A DNA stretch of 40,635 nucleotides. Origin: Craspedostauros australis (taxonomy: Eukaryota). Positions 9,729 through 21,400 of the stretch are shown here, piece by piece. The stretch's first letter is position 1; each line of letters opens with the position of its first letter. The notes beneath the pieces were generated by a model that was not told where the DNA came from, did not search any database, and saw only the letters and a program-made list of their open reading frames with translations. The stretch is taken from the NCBI GenBank assembly GCA_030167865.1, contig JALAGF010006090.1, positions 62,001-102,635 on the forward strand, in the 5' to 3' direction. A program made the translations under genes and the position numbers.

Positions 9729-12700
9729 CTAAGGCACCGAGTTGCTGCCCATCTGGGTGCGGTAGAGCTTGATATCGTCGATGCCCAAAGTAACCCCCAC
9801 ACCCACTGGCAACACATTGTCGGGTGAGTACCCTCCGGACATGGCTGGCTTGGCGCTCTTGGCAGCACCGACGCTTGGCACGGATTCCGAGATGAGCAAC
9901 CGCCGTCCATCCTGCACGTACAGCCGATCCCAGAACTCCAACATATCCTCCTTCGTCACATCCAGCAGGGCCGCTGCCTCGCGCTGGGGACGATCGAACT
10001 GCAACCGGTCCACAGCAATCTCGGCCCAATTGCGCGTCACCTCCTGCACGAGCTGCTTATCGGGCTCGGTCTTGCGCGCGATGAGGGATTTAACAAAGAC
10101 GGCGAAGTCCGCGGTGGAGATCTTGTCGAAGACATTGCCGCGTGCGTTGTCGAGGAACTTCAACGCTGCCTTGGTGAGCTTGTCGGCCGGTGCCACGCTG
10201 GATTGGACGACGAAGCCGAAGAAGCGAGTCTTGCCGTTAGCGCGAACGCCGCTCGAGACGATGTATCCCAGCTGCTGCTTGGTGCGCAGATCTTCGTAGA
10301 ATGGTTCGCCGAGGATGTAGCCGATCAGCTCCATGAGCACATGATCCCTGGGCTCCTTGGACAGGCTTTGCAGGACGACGTAAACGGCGCTGTTGCTGTT
10401 GGATGGGTTCGGTTCGGGGAACGTAACTCGGTTTGGCGGGGCCGTTCGGTTGGTTGGTGGCAGCGGCAGTGGTTCCAGCTGCTTGGGATACTCTTCGACA
10501 GGTATCGCGTTGAAACCGAGGGTCTTATCCAGCGACTGCACCAAAGCCAGGGCTTCGTTCTCATCCACGTTGCCCTGCACCAACGCAAGGCCCTTGCCAG
10601 ATTTCCACACGCGGTTGCTGTACTCGATGAGATCCTCCAAGGAGATGGTCTGGATGGCGTCGCGGAGGATCCGGTTGTCGTACGTGAACTTGTCGGGCTG
10701 CGTGACGAGGTTGGCGTAGAAGGCGCAATGGGAGTACGGTTGCTTCACATCGAAGGCGGCGTAGCCACGTTCGATCTGGTCCTGGTATCGCTCGAACTCC
10801 TTCTCATTGCGTGGCAGGACGTCGCGCACGTCAGAGGAGACCTTCTTGGAGACGTAGGCTGCGAATTGCTGCAGCTTGTCGTTGTATCCGCCAAAGGCCA
10901 TTCGCACTCCACGTGGGATGACCTTGACGTCGTACGTGAGTCCCGCCAATCCTGCGTCGTAGGCGTACTCCCCGAGCTTGTCAAACACGCAGGCTTCGAA
11001 CAGAGACGCCATCACGGCGTTCTTGGGCGAGGAGTAGACCTCCTTGTTCAGGAGCTGGAAGATGATGAAGGCCTTGGGCTGACCGAATCGATTGTCGGCC
11101 TTGTAATGCACGGTCCAGCGTCCGTCGGGACCATCGTCGCGGATGATGCGTGGCGCCTCGATGGGTTTCATGCGGTCCTCGAAGCTGCGCTTTTCGAATC
11201 GGTCCTTGGGCGGCGGCGGGATCTTGACCCTGAGGCCCGCCTCGGATGGGATGAAGACGTTGGGTCTGGGAAAGTCGACGTTCAGGGTCTGCGGACGCAT
11301 CGGCATCTTCCATCTGGCCAACGTGGATTCTGGGATTCGTTCCACGGAGTAGTCGGTGCCGTACCACTTCTCCGACTTGTTCGTCTGGCCTTGGAACGAC
11401 TTACTGATGAGCGTCACCATGCTGTTGTCGACCGTGAGCTGATCCAGGAGCTCGTTCGTGAGCCGCTTCGTGAACTCGAGCTGGTCCTTGGATGTGAATG
11501 AAGTGCGTGGATCGCTGGATGTGATGACGGACGCATCCGAATTGGACAAGGCCAGCCGGCGAGGACCGGCCACGACCAGCGACGGCGGGTACTTCTGCAG
11601 AGAGCTCGCCAGCGTCGTGACGTATCCATCGACTCCGCCTTTCGCCGCGAATCTCCAGCCGAGCTCCTCAACTTGCAGAACTTCCGAGAAGACGTAGCTG
11701 GGTATCGATCTGGCTTTGAGCATTCCGAGGTAGGAGTAGACCGATTCGATGATCTGATCCGTCTCCACAAGGCCGTCCTTCGTGAGGCCCACGGTGATTT
11801 CGAAGACCTCGTAGTCTGACAGCTCCGACTCCGATCCCACCGACAATGAATTGGCCCACCCCTTTCGCTTGAGGTAGGAGAGCAGCGATCCCGGTCCCTC
11901 GTGGCCGATGAGATGCGCGATGTAGTTGGACTGCTTGGCCAGCAGCGCGTTTGTGCGGTCGTCGCTGTTGGTGTAGACGATCGGCCAGTTGATGGCGACC
12001 TGACGCAGATCCTGCACCGGCACGACCTTGAGCTTGTGACCGAAGGACGGGATGATGTTGCTGTCGCTGTACGGTGCGACGATGCCGTCCCACGCATCTT
12101 CTGGCTTCGGCGCCTGCTTGTTGGGGATTTCTCCAAAGGCCTTTTGCACCATCTCCTGGAGCTTGTCGATCGACTGCGGTCCCACTACAGCCAGCGTCAT
12201 CTGGTTGGCGGAGTAGTGCTTGTCGTAGAATTTGAGCAGCTCCTCACGCAGGTTGAGCCCCGCCTTCTTGGTGTCGGTGAGCAGCGTCTGCTTGTTGCCC
12301 GTGAAGAACTTGGAATGCGGGTGATCCTGATTCTGCCTGGCCTTCTCCAGCTGGTAGATGCGGAAGTTGTCCGATTGCAGGTTCTTGGCATTCTCGCTCT
12401 CGATAGCGTTGAGCTCCCGCCCCGTGGCCGCCTCCGTGAAGAGCGGCGATGTGAAGAAGGAACCGAATCGATCCAGACCTTCTCCGAAGCGCTGTTCGGA
12501 TTCCGCATCCATGGTGAAGTGGTAGACGGTGTCCTCGCTGGCCGTGTAGGCGTTGGAAGAGCCGCCGTTCGTGGAGAGGAAGCTCTCGAAGGAGTCTTCC
12601 TTGGGGTACGGCTTGGTCCCCAGGAAGAGCATGTGCTCATTGAAGTGCGCCAGTCCCCGCACGCCCTCCGGATCGGACGTGGCGCCCACGTGCACATCCA

Positions 12701-13337
12701 TGGCACCGCCGGCGTCGTTTGAGGTCGGGTCGGAACACAGGATGACCTTGAGGCCGTTGTCCATGATGTACGCCAGGTAATCGCGATCATCCAACGGAGG
12801 CTTGAGGATGTTGACGTTGGACCAGTCCTCAGCGGCCGCAAGCACCTTGATCTCCTCTGCTGCGTTGGCCTTCATGCCGTTGTTGCCATCTGCGTTGGTT
12901 GGATCTGGCAGCAACGTCGATCCGGTCGCCGCAAGCATGGAGAAGAGCAGCCTGCGACGCTGCTCGCTGCTGGCCAGGTCCTGCGCAGTCGATTCCGAGT
13001 TGGCTGCCATCTGCAGCACCGTCAGCTTCCGCGCAAGCTGCGAGGCATCGGCATTTCGGTTGCTGCTACTGCCGCTACTGGTGGTAGTGCATTGATTGAT
13101 GCCTTGATGCATGCCTGCTGGTGCATATCCGTCCGGTCTCAATGTCGACTGGTCAGCTGTGGAGAACGCGCCGGCACCGTTGCCAGCTGGTCCTGTCAGC
13201 GATGATGGCACCGATGATTGCACTGATGCCGATGAGATGGTGTTGGGAGGAACGAACGCATCGCCAAATAGTAGAAACGTACGCGGAGCTGCACAACAAA
13301 CCAGCAGCGCGGCAACCGCCGACCTTGACACCAACAT
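9729..13337 (-). CDS. Insulinase/pitrilysin-like zinc metalloprotease (M16A), 1202 aa, plastid-targeted
   Basis: Contains GLAHFNEHMLFLGT (HXXEH), NAYT, RELNAIESE, HLIGHEGPGSLLSYLK and LRTKQQLGYIV. The first plausible ATG (13337) begins a signal peptide, MLVSRSAVAALLVCC...FGDA/FVPP, followed by a Ser-rich transit peptide. The ORF-track extension to 13550 reads like UTR. Confidence 0.92.
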   Translation of the reverse strand: MLVSRSAVAALLVCCAAPRTFLLFGDAFVPPNTISSASVQSSVPSSLTGPAGNGAGAFSTADQSTLRPDGYAPAGMHQGINQCTTTSSGSSSNRNADASQLARKLTVLQMAANSESTAQDLASSEQRRRLLFSMLAATGSTLLPDPTNADGNNGMKANAAEEIKVLAAAEDWSNVNILKPPLDDRDYLAYIMDNGLKVILCSDPTSNDAGGAMDVHVGATSDPEGVRGLAHFNEHMLFLGTKPYPKEDSFESFLSTNGGSSNAYTASEDTVYHFTMDAESEQRFGEGLDRFGSFFTSPLFTEAATGRELNAIESENAKNLQSDNFRIYQLEKARQNQDHPHSKFFTGNKQTLLTDTKKAGLNLREELLKFYDKHYSANQMTLAVVGPQSIDKLQEMVQKAFGEIPNKQAPKPEDAWDGIVAPYSDSNIIPSFGHKLKVVPVQDLRQVAINWPIVYTNSDDRTNALLAKQSNYIAHLIGHEGPGSLLSYLKRKGWANSLSVGSESELSDYEVFEITVGLTKDGLVETDQIIESVYSYLGMLKARSIPSYVFSEVLQVEELGWRFAAKGGVDGYVTTLASSLQKYPPSLVVAGPRRLALSNSDASVITSSDPRTSFTSKDQLEFTKRLTNELLDQLTVDNSMVTLISKSFQGQTNKSEKWYGTDYSVERIPESTLARWKMPMRPQTLNVDFPRPNVFIPSEAGLRVKIPPPPKDRFEKRSFEDRMKPIEAPRIIRDDGPDGRWTVHYKADNRFGQPKAFIIFQLLNKEVYSSPKNAVMASLFEACVFDKLGEYAYDAGLAGLTYDVKVIPRGVRMAFGGYNDKLQQFAAYVSKKVSSDVRDVLPRNEKEFERYQDQIERGYAAFDVKQPYSHCAFYANLVTQPDKFTYDNRILRDAIQTISLEDLIEYSNRVWKSGKGLALVQGNVDENEALALVQSLDKTLGFNAIPVEEYPKQLEPLPLPPTNRTAPPNRVTFPEPNPSNSNSAVYVVLQSLSKEPRDHVLMELIGYILGEPFYEDLRTKQQLGYIVSSGVRANGKTRFFGFVVQSSVAPADKLTKAALKFLDNARGNVFDKISTADFAVFVKSLIARKTEPDKQLVQEVTRNWAEIAVDRLQFDRPQREAAALLDVTKEDMLEFWDRLYVQDGRRLLISESVPSVGAAKSAKPAMSGGYSPDNVLPVGVGVTLGIDDIKLYRTQMGSNSVP

Positions 13338-14003
13338 TGTGACCTTCTTTGTTTTGCCCTTTCCACGGTGATCGCCGCGATGAGTGCGTGTCTGTATGCG
13401 TGTATGTGCGTGATCGATGGGAGACGAAGAGACCGGCCTCGGAAGCAGCCGAGGGTGCAAAGGCAAGGCTCGTCGTTGTGTCTCTCTGCGTTGGTCCTTG
13501 TTGTGTTTGGCCCAGAGATGGGGTTGATGCCAACGAATCGAAATCAACAAAGCAAGAGCGTATCGCGGAGTCCCACCATTTTTGTCTCGTCGTTTCCCAT
13601 GGTGCCTCCCTTTGTTGTGTTGGTGATTGGTGATGTGGACTGGCCTCGTGTGAGTCCACGCAACAAAAAGTCCGTGGAATTCTCATGTCAACAGGAACTG
13701 CCGCGTCACCCGTGAACCAGGCTAACCGTGAATGAATTGTGGTTGAATCACACCAGTCGATCGACCAAAACGGTATCCCAACATCTTGTCACGACACCAA
13801 GATTGTTCTCCTTTCACCGACAGCAACGAGAGAGGCATCTCCCACCACAAGGAAAAGAGAGGAACAACAGCGTCGTTGCATCTGACGTGCGCACTTGCGA
13901 GCCATTATCCGACCTACTCTATCAATAAATTGAATACAAGCACGAGCTATTATACAAGACATATAATAGGTCGCACCATACTCGTACTATACGTGTACCG
14001 TCG

Positions 14004-15026
14004 ATGGCGAGGCCACGAAGGAGGGTCCAGAGGAAGCCGAGGGTGCTGCCACCTTCCGTGTCATTCCGCTTCATCACCAGGCTGACCTTGAGCTTCTTCG
14101 GTCTCATCGCCTTCCTGCTGTTCCTCTCCATCATTCGGCACAACGGAAGATCGCGCAAGACGGGCAGTTTCCGATCACGACCGTCATCCTCTGCCTCTGC
14201 CGTAGCGGCAGCTATTGCAGCATCTCGCAGCACGATGAACAGCAGCAGCAGCAGCCAGCAGAACGTGTACACCACGCCGTCATCCATCCCAGACAACATT
14301 GTCTCCAACCTGGATGCCATCCTCGTCCTGGGCGGCGGGGTACCCGATTCGTTGACCACCCCGCCTACTTACGTGCAACGCCGCTGCGATGATGCTGCCG
14401 AGATCGTTCAGAAGCATAATAATCTATCGCACAGCAAGGGTGACTTGCCCATCCTCTGCCTCAGCGCGGGCACGGCGCACATGGGACAGCTCATGTCACC
14501 GGATGGCCTGCCCATCTACGAATCCACATCCTCCGCGGCCTATCTGCAGCAGCACCATCACCTGTCGCAGATCTTCGTCGAGACGGTCTCCTACGACACC
14601 ATCGGCAACGCCTTTTACGCCCGCACAACCCACACCGATCTCACGGATTGGAGGCGGCTGCTCATCGTCACCAACCAATTTCACATGGATCGCACCAAGG
14701 CCATCTTCGATTGGATCTTTTTGGATTTGACGGACGAGCAGACGCGCCAAATGAAGTACGAGCTGCACTACCTGTCCTCGCCGGATGTGGGGCTCACGCC
14801 GGCGGCCGTGGAGGCGCGGCAGCAGCGGGAAGCCAAGAGTCTTGCGACAGTGCAGACCAAGCTGGCGCCGCAGTACCGCACGATGAAGGAAGTGTATCAA
14901 TTCCTCACGCGGAACCATTCGTTGTACACGACCAGCAAGTTGGTGCAGCGGGGGCAGGGTATCACGGATGAGACGGCATCCAAAGCTGTCAAGGAGAGCT
15001 ATGGCGCAGGGGGCGGTGGGAAGTGA
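14004..15026 (+). CDS. DUF218 (YdcF/SanA/ElyC-like) domain protein with an N-terminal membrane anchor
   Basis: Motifs DAILVLGGG, LSAGT, ES...A.YL, IFVETVSYDTIGNA and LLIVTNQFHM.R. The N-terminus is basic, followed by the TM LTLSFFGLIAFLLFLSII and a Ser-rich stem. Confidence 0.85.
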   Translation: MARPRRRVQRKPRVLPPSVSFRFITRLTLSFFGLIAFLLFLSIIRHNGRSRKTGSFRSRPSSSASAVAAAIAASRSTMNSSSSSQQNVYTTPSSIPDNIVSNLDAILVLGGGVPDSLTTPPTYVQRRCDDAAEIVQKHNNLSHSKGDLPILCLSAGTAHMGQLMSPDGLPIYESTSSAAYLQQHHHLSQIFVETVSYDTIGNAFYARTTHTDLTDWRRLLIVTNQFHMDRTKAIFDWIFLDLTDEQTRQMKYELHYLSSPDVGLTPAAVEARQQREAKSLATVQTKLAPQYRTMKEVYQFLTRNHSLYTTSKLVQRGQGITDETASKAVKESYGAGGGGK

Positions 15027-18000
15027 GGATTCTTGCGATTGTGCGAGACATTGTGTGCATGGTTGCACACATATGTCTGGTTGCATCAAACAAGCCTGAA
15101 TTGCTTCTCGCTGGATCGTACAGCGTGTCATGTGAGCCATGATCAGTCTGCAATGGCATTGAATGAAGTTGTTATACTTGACAAGGTAAGATGCTAAAGA
15201 TGACATAGACGGACGATTGTGTACCAAGATAGAGTCTCAACTCCTTGTATTACACGTATTCTAAGAGGGAGCATGGGCTGGCATGAATAATCTCAAAGCT
15301 ATTTTGCACAGCAAATAACAACTTTCGTGCGGTTTGGGGAGGCCAACGCTAACGACACCTGGGGAAACAAGATATTGCAAGACTGTAATCTCACCATCCG
15401 ATGAGATTAGGCAAGCCAGTCAAGTTGTTGTACATTCTGTGGCGGCCTTCGTTCTTGAGTTTGTCACTGATCCAAAAAAAAACTTGGTATTGTACCATGC
15501 TCACCAGTTCTCTCTTGCATACTCCTGTGTATCCCTGCGTTTCACACACCGACTCGTGATCAATGACGGCTTTGGTGGTATCTGTGTGTGTCTTTGCGAT
15601 GGACCGGAGAAGCGAGCGATGTACCACTTTATTGTCGTTGGCCTTCGCTTGCTTGTTCTTGTCAGCTCTCCATCGTCTGCGACATACATACTCGCTGCTC
15701 ATCATCGTGGCGACTCAAATGATTCTCCACCACGTCTGCATTTGCAACTGATCTTGTCTTGGTAATCTCATGTTGATCTTGGTGGCGCACAAGTGTGACC
15801 AAACGTGACACGGTGCAAGGGAGAATGCTCGACGCATCGGTACATCGATACATCTCAATATCAGGGGTTGTTGGTGCCCTCATCTTGCGACACGATCACA
15901 CAACTGTGTGTTGCTGGGCCATCACTCAGTACGGTCCACGGTCATGACGTATGTGAGCAGAGCATGGGCGATGTGATACAGGTTTGCAGTCAACAGAACC
16001 ATCATCTTGCATTCAACGCCTTCTTGTCTCTCCGTCTCGGAATCGATGGCACCGATGACATGCCAGCCCAGCGCTATGTTGCTCAACACAAGAGGCAATC
16101 ATCGACTCCAACGCTCTCACGATAACATGCTGGAATATGATTCGTTCCGCACCATTTACCCCAACCAAGTGCCCAAGCTCGCATCCAAAAGTCGTTGACA
16201 TGTGCTGTATTTCTCTATCTCATCATGATTCAACCATTCATACTCGCATGTGATATGTGCAGACGAGGATCGTGGCCATGGCCATGGCCAAGACAGCTTC
16301 GATTCAAGAGCCACCTCCTCCTGCTGCATCAGACCTACAAAACGGATACAAGCGGCGCCATCATCTACCATGCCCCAACGCAGGATTTAATCTTGGGCGA
16401 AGCAGGCGGGCAGACTGCACAGTCGACTGTGATGCAGAGGAATGCGGAATGGAGACCAAAGACTGTATGCAATCAGCTGAACTGAGCTCGACGTCATCCA
16501 AGTTCATGAGAACTTGACCTCTTGCGCACTTCAAACCTCGGCAAGACAGGGCAGTGACATCTCGATCCCATGAAACTCAAATCTGACTTGATTGGAGGTA
16601 CTACTGTACGAGCATGGCACGGACATGTACGCTCGGCGTCAAGGAACTGAGACCTGGCGTCTGCCAAAGCTTGCTGGGACCGATCGTGTTTGATGCTGGA
16701 TGGAATCAATTCCCATCTCTGCATGATCTTTTGTGTTGTGCTATCAATGTCTGGCTCTGCGGACGACAAGGAATCGTGCCAACCTTGCCAGGGACTACCA
16801 CGAGCGGCTGGCTGGGGCGTGCACCCGTCACGAACAAGCCCTCTGCATCGTCGAGGTGAATCTACTGATGGTGGTGCGGCACGTACGACTACTCTTAGGA
16901 CGGTATGGCACTGCATGGTACACAGGAGCGCAATTCCTCCAGGGTTGGTAGGAGCAAGTACTCTGTGAGCGTTTGGGGCCAACTCCTCACACATTGTCAT
17001 CAAGGTCGACTCCTTTTCGCACGATCAGATTTGGTGGTACTGGTGGGCACATACCACCAATACTTCCACATCAGGATGCATCACTGCGGGTACGCAATGA
17101 AAGCAAAAGGAAGTCAGGCGTTTCATCTGCAAGACATCCTCATTTCATCTCGCAACAATCTTCAAATATTTGATCTCCGGCATATCGGACGAGAACTGGT
17201 GTCAGTACGACAAGTCCCAATCGTATAGTTTGCACGAGTATTCGTCGCGAATCTTGAAGAATGAAGCCCCAAGCTCGAAATCAAACATTCAAGAAGGGAT
17301 AGGAACATCCATGGGAACACACTTGCTCTGCAGGCTCCAACTTTGACACGACTCCAATCGCATCTGCTCCATCCTTGTTCACGTCCCCGCGCATTATGCT
17401 TCACTTTTAATCGACGCAACAACAGCCTGTTGGATCGCAGGAGCATCGATCGTGTCACCTCATCATCCTTTGCTGCAGCATCGTCTTCGTCTTGTTGTGG
17501 TGTGTCTGTCGCTCCCTCTCTCTGTTCGTATCGCGAGCTTCATGATCTCCACCCTCGTACGCACGCACGCGTGTATGCCCAAGAAACACCACGGTTTGCT
17601 GCTGATTTCGCCGCATTCCAGTACCCATGTAATGTCGCGAATCTAACTAACTGTGCCACGATATGAACTCAGAACAGCCGTTCGACTGTTTCGATTCATA
17701 TTTGGCACGATTGCTTTGAGAGCAAAGAGGATTTCATTCTATCACGACAATTAATGCCAGTGCCAAGGACCATGACAAAGAACAAGCTTCGTTGTCGCTG
17801 TTCACGAAGCGATCGAATGTTGTGCTCCACTCAGGAACAAACTTGAAGCCGTCGACCTCTCCTGACAACATCAACAAATGGAGTCGACGAAAAAGGAGAG
17901 CGCGCACTGGAGCAGCCAAAGGTGACAAGGGTGGGAGAAGGTATCGGTAGAATAGTTGCAGTGGGACAAGAAGGGGCAGCGCATCTCGCGAGCGTCGTCG

Positions 18001-18400
18001 GAACAAGTGGAGATCTCTCGCTCTCTCGGAATCAACCAAGAAGCAGGAGTTCTTCGGCTTCTGGGTGCGTGTGAAGGCAATGCGAACAATCGGTCGTGAG
18101 AAACAGTCGCTTCTCCTACTCCGTTATTGCTGGCACTGTCCACAATCATCATCACTGCTATCGCCATCACCACTACCGCCACCATCGCCTGCGCTGTGGT
18201 GCATGATCCGCGAGCGTTGAGACCTTTACATTCGTCTCATAATTTGCCAACACGGAAATTGGCAAGAGACAAACACAAACACACGCAGAACAGACCAACA
18301 CTCTCTGCAAATACGATCCTCGTATTATACCTACGAGTACAGCAAACAAAATCAGCAATCAGCAATCATCTCAGCATAACAAGAAAGGCACAAGCCAACG

Positions 18401-21400
18401 ATGAACATCGAGGAAGGCATGGATGTTCCAGACAAGACCAACCCACCCACCGTCTCCGTCAAGCACGGAGGCAGCTACGTCGCGGACGAGCTCAACAATG
18501 TGCCTCCGGCCAGCACGATGGGTGGCAAGTCCAAGAAGCGGACCTACCTCCTTGCAGCAGCTGCCCTCGTCGTGATCATCGCCGCCATCCTCACCGGGGT
18601 GCTGGTGTCGAAGAACAACGACGACAACGATGGCAGCAAGAACAAGGGCGTTGCATCGGGCGATGGCGGCAATCCAGCGCCGACCGATCCTGGCAACAAC
18701 GGTGGCGGGGGTGGCATCGAGAGCCCGACCATGGCTCCCGACGGTGGTGACGTCGATGTCAAGTTCTTCAAGCCCGACGTTGGTCCGTTCCAAGACATCA
18801 AGGTGCCGTTGCAAACGTCCAAGATCGACACCTACGACGACTCCGAGGAGCTCAAGGATGACCTGGAGGTCATGTGCCAGTTCCTGCTCAACAACGTGGC
18901 GGAGCGCGGCATTGGCAACCCGCACTTCGTCGACGCCGCCTTCGGATTCCCGGACCTGGCCATCGACGATGGAGTAACAAATGATGCCGGCACACCAAAC
19001 ACTCCTGGCCAGGAGAGGGACGAAGACAATGGCGATGGTGGCGATGATGGAGAAGACGACGGTGACTCCTACGGCACCAACAACCAGGAAGAGAACGTTG
19101 ACGAGACCGACGTTTCCAAATCTGACGGGAAATTCATCTTCTCGCTGCTCATGGACAAGCTGTTCATCGTCCGAGTCGCCACGGAAGAGCTGGTGGCGAC
19201 GATCGAGCTGCCGCCTGTTGTGACACAACAGGGCCAATCCAGCGCCGCCGGTGCGAATGCTCCGTTCAACGTCTTCACTGATCCTGGCGAGAGCATGGCG
19301 TGGCAACCGGACTCCATCGGGGTCGCGCTGTTCCTGTCTGACACGACCCTGGCCGTCGTTCTCAGCGGGCACCAGTACGGATTCTACCCGGAGCTTGAGG
19401 GCACAAGGATCGTTTCGCAGTACAAGGATACTCTCGTGCAGCTGTACAGTCTGGAGAAGCTGTACAGCATCGAGGACTTTACAGATGTCAAGAGCGGCGA
19501 CGTGCTTGACATGGTGGGTCGGAAGTACATCAACGGAAGCTTCCTCAAGGGATACATGATCGGCAACACTGCAGTGGTCCTCACGACCTCGTACATGAAC
19601 AACGTGTACGCTCTCGTCAGACCTTTCGAGCGAAACATGTACGGCTATGGCGGTCAGACCGACGATGAGTTCATCGAACGCATCAAACGCGATGCCCCGG
19701 AGGTGATTGATGAATACATCGAAAAGCTCATGAAGCAACTCGAGATATCTGCAGGAGAGCTGCCTGAGATCGTCAAGCTCGGCCTCCCAACATCCTCGTT
19801 GTCCGAAGCGAAGGGATACACCAGCGCCGAATTCGGAAACGGGTACGCCAACTTCTTCGTCCAACTCACGACATTTGACATGAAAGCCAAGCCGGCAGAC
19901 AACGAACTGGACGTGAAGGCGCTTGTGCACTTCATGTCGAACACTTGGGCCCTCCCGTACGCCACCACGGATTACCTCGTGCTCGCGTCTGAAGGCTACA
20001 ACTACAATCCCGTGCTGGAGGTGACGGAGCACACGACCATGCTCTACCGCTACAAGATCGATGAGATGGACATCGTCGCAGAGACCCAAGGATCCATCCC
20101 CGGTGTGGTAATGAACAAGCACTCGATCGACAACGAAGGTACGCAGCTGCGCGTTGCGACCACACTCCGCCAATCAAGACCGTTCAACGCAGGCTGGGGC
20201 AGCGGCGATGGTGCCAATGGCGACGGCCCAATCATCGTGGTCCCTTGTGACTGGAGGGGTGGCCTGGAGTTTATCCCTTGCGACGACACCGCCACCGTTG
20301 CAAGTGCCTCCTCAACCACAGGCGAGGTGATCGACGACGGCTTCTTTACTCGATCACTCGAGGCCGGCGTCGACCCCGCAACAGGACTGGACGGCTCGGA
20401 GCCTGTCGATTTGATGTTCATCGCTGACTGCTCGGACCTCCCAGATACCTGTGCCCAGGAATTCATCACGTCCTGCGCGGCAGTGGAAGCGGAGTGTGAA
20501 GGCGGGAGAATGTTCACATCAGTCTCGATGTGCCAGACGTTCTGCGAATCATCCGTGCTCGGCAGCCAATGCTATCCGTTCGTGGAGGAAGGTCTGCATG
20601 GAGGCAATCCCTGCGTGACGGGGGCCACGGTCCAATCATGCCTCGATCTGGAGGTGGTCTCCGATTGCCCATTCGTGCCCGTGGAGATTTGTCCAATGGT
20701 GGTCGACTGCGCCACGGGTGGGCCCGTGATCGATCCCATTCCAGGCCCCGTTGAGTTCGTCCCACTTACCACCTGCGAGGATGTCGCCAACGAGGCATGC
20801 CCCATCGATAGCATCCGCCCCGCTTGCGCCGAAATTCTTGATATGGGTTGCCAGCAAGCGTTCATGTCGAACGACTGCGAATTCGTCTGCAGGGACGCAT
20901 TCGTGGGTACGCCGTGCCTCACCATCTTTGACATGGCAATGGCAGACGCCGTGGCCTGTCCATTCTTCATCGCAAATTCCTGCCTGATCAATGTCAGGAA
21001 TGAGAAGTGCGAAGTCGCCGTGACCGAAGGTGGCATCTGCAACTTCGTTGCCAGCTGCGTCAGTGACCCGATAGTGGATCCTCCATTTCCCGTCAAGTTC
21101 TCTCCAGTCACAACGTGTGCGGATGCTGTCACCGAGGCGTGCCCCATTGAAGAAATCGAAAAGGTCTGCACGGATATTCTGGCCAGTGGCTGCAACGAAC
21201 TCTTCATGTCCAGCAACTGCGAATTCTTCTGCAAGGACCCATTCATGACGTCACCATGCGTGATGCTCTTCGACATGGCTATTGCGGGCGGAAACGACAG
21301 CGACGGCCAGTTCTGCCCCATGTCCCTCGCATCAGATTGCCTCGGGTACGAAGCCGAGGGTTGTGTAATCAACATGGACGATTCTGGCGCCTGCGACTAC

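Noticed and set aside
10203..12722. 432-aa and 273-aa ORFs on the + strand
   Set aside because: They are antisense shadows of the insulinase CDS.
13338..13550. ORF-track N-terminal extension of the insulinase
   Set aside because: It uses a non-ATG start, has UTR-like composition, and would bury the signal peptide.
18371..20173. 600-aa ORF on the minus strand
   Set aside because: It is the antisense shadow of the beta-propeller gene, produced by strong codon bias, and has no recognisable motifs.
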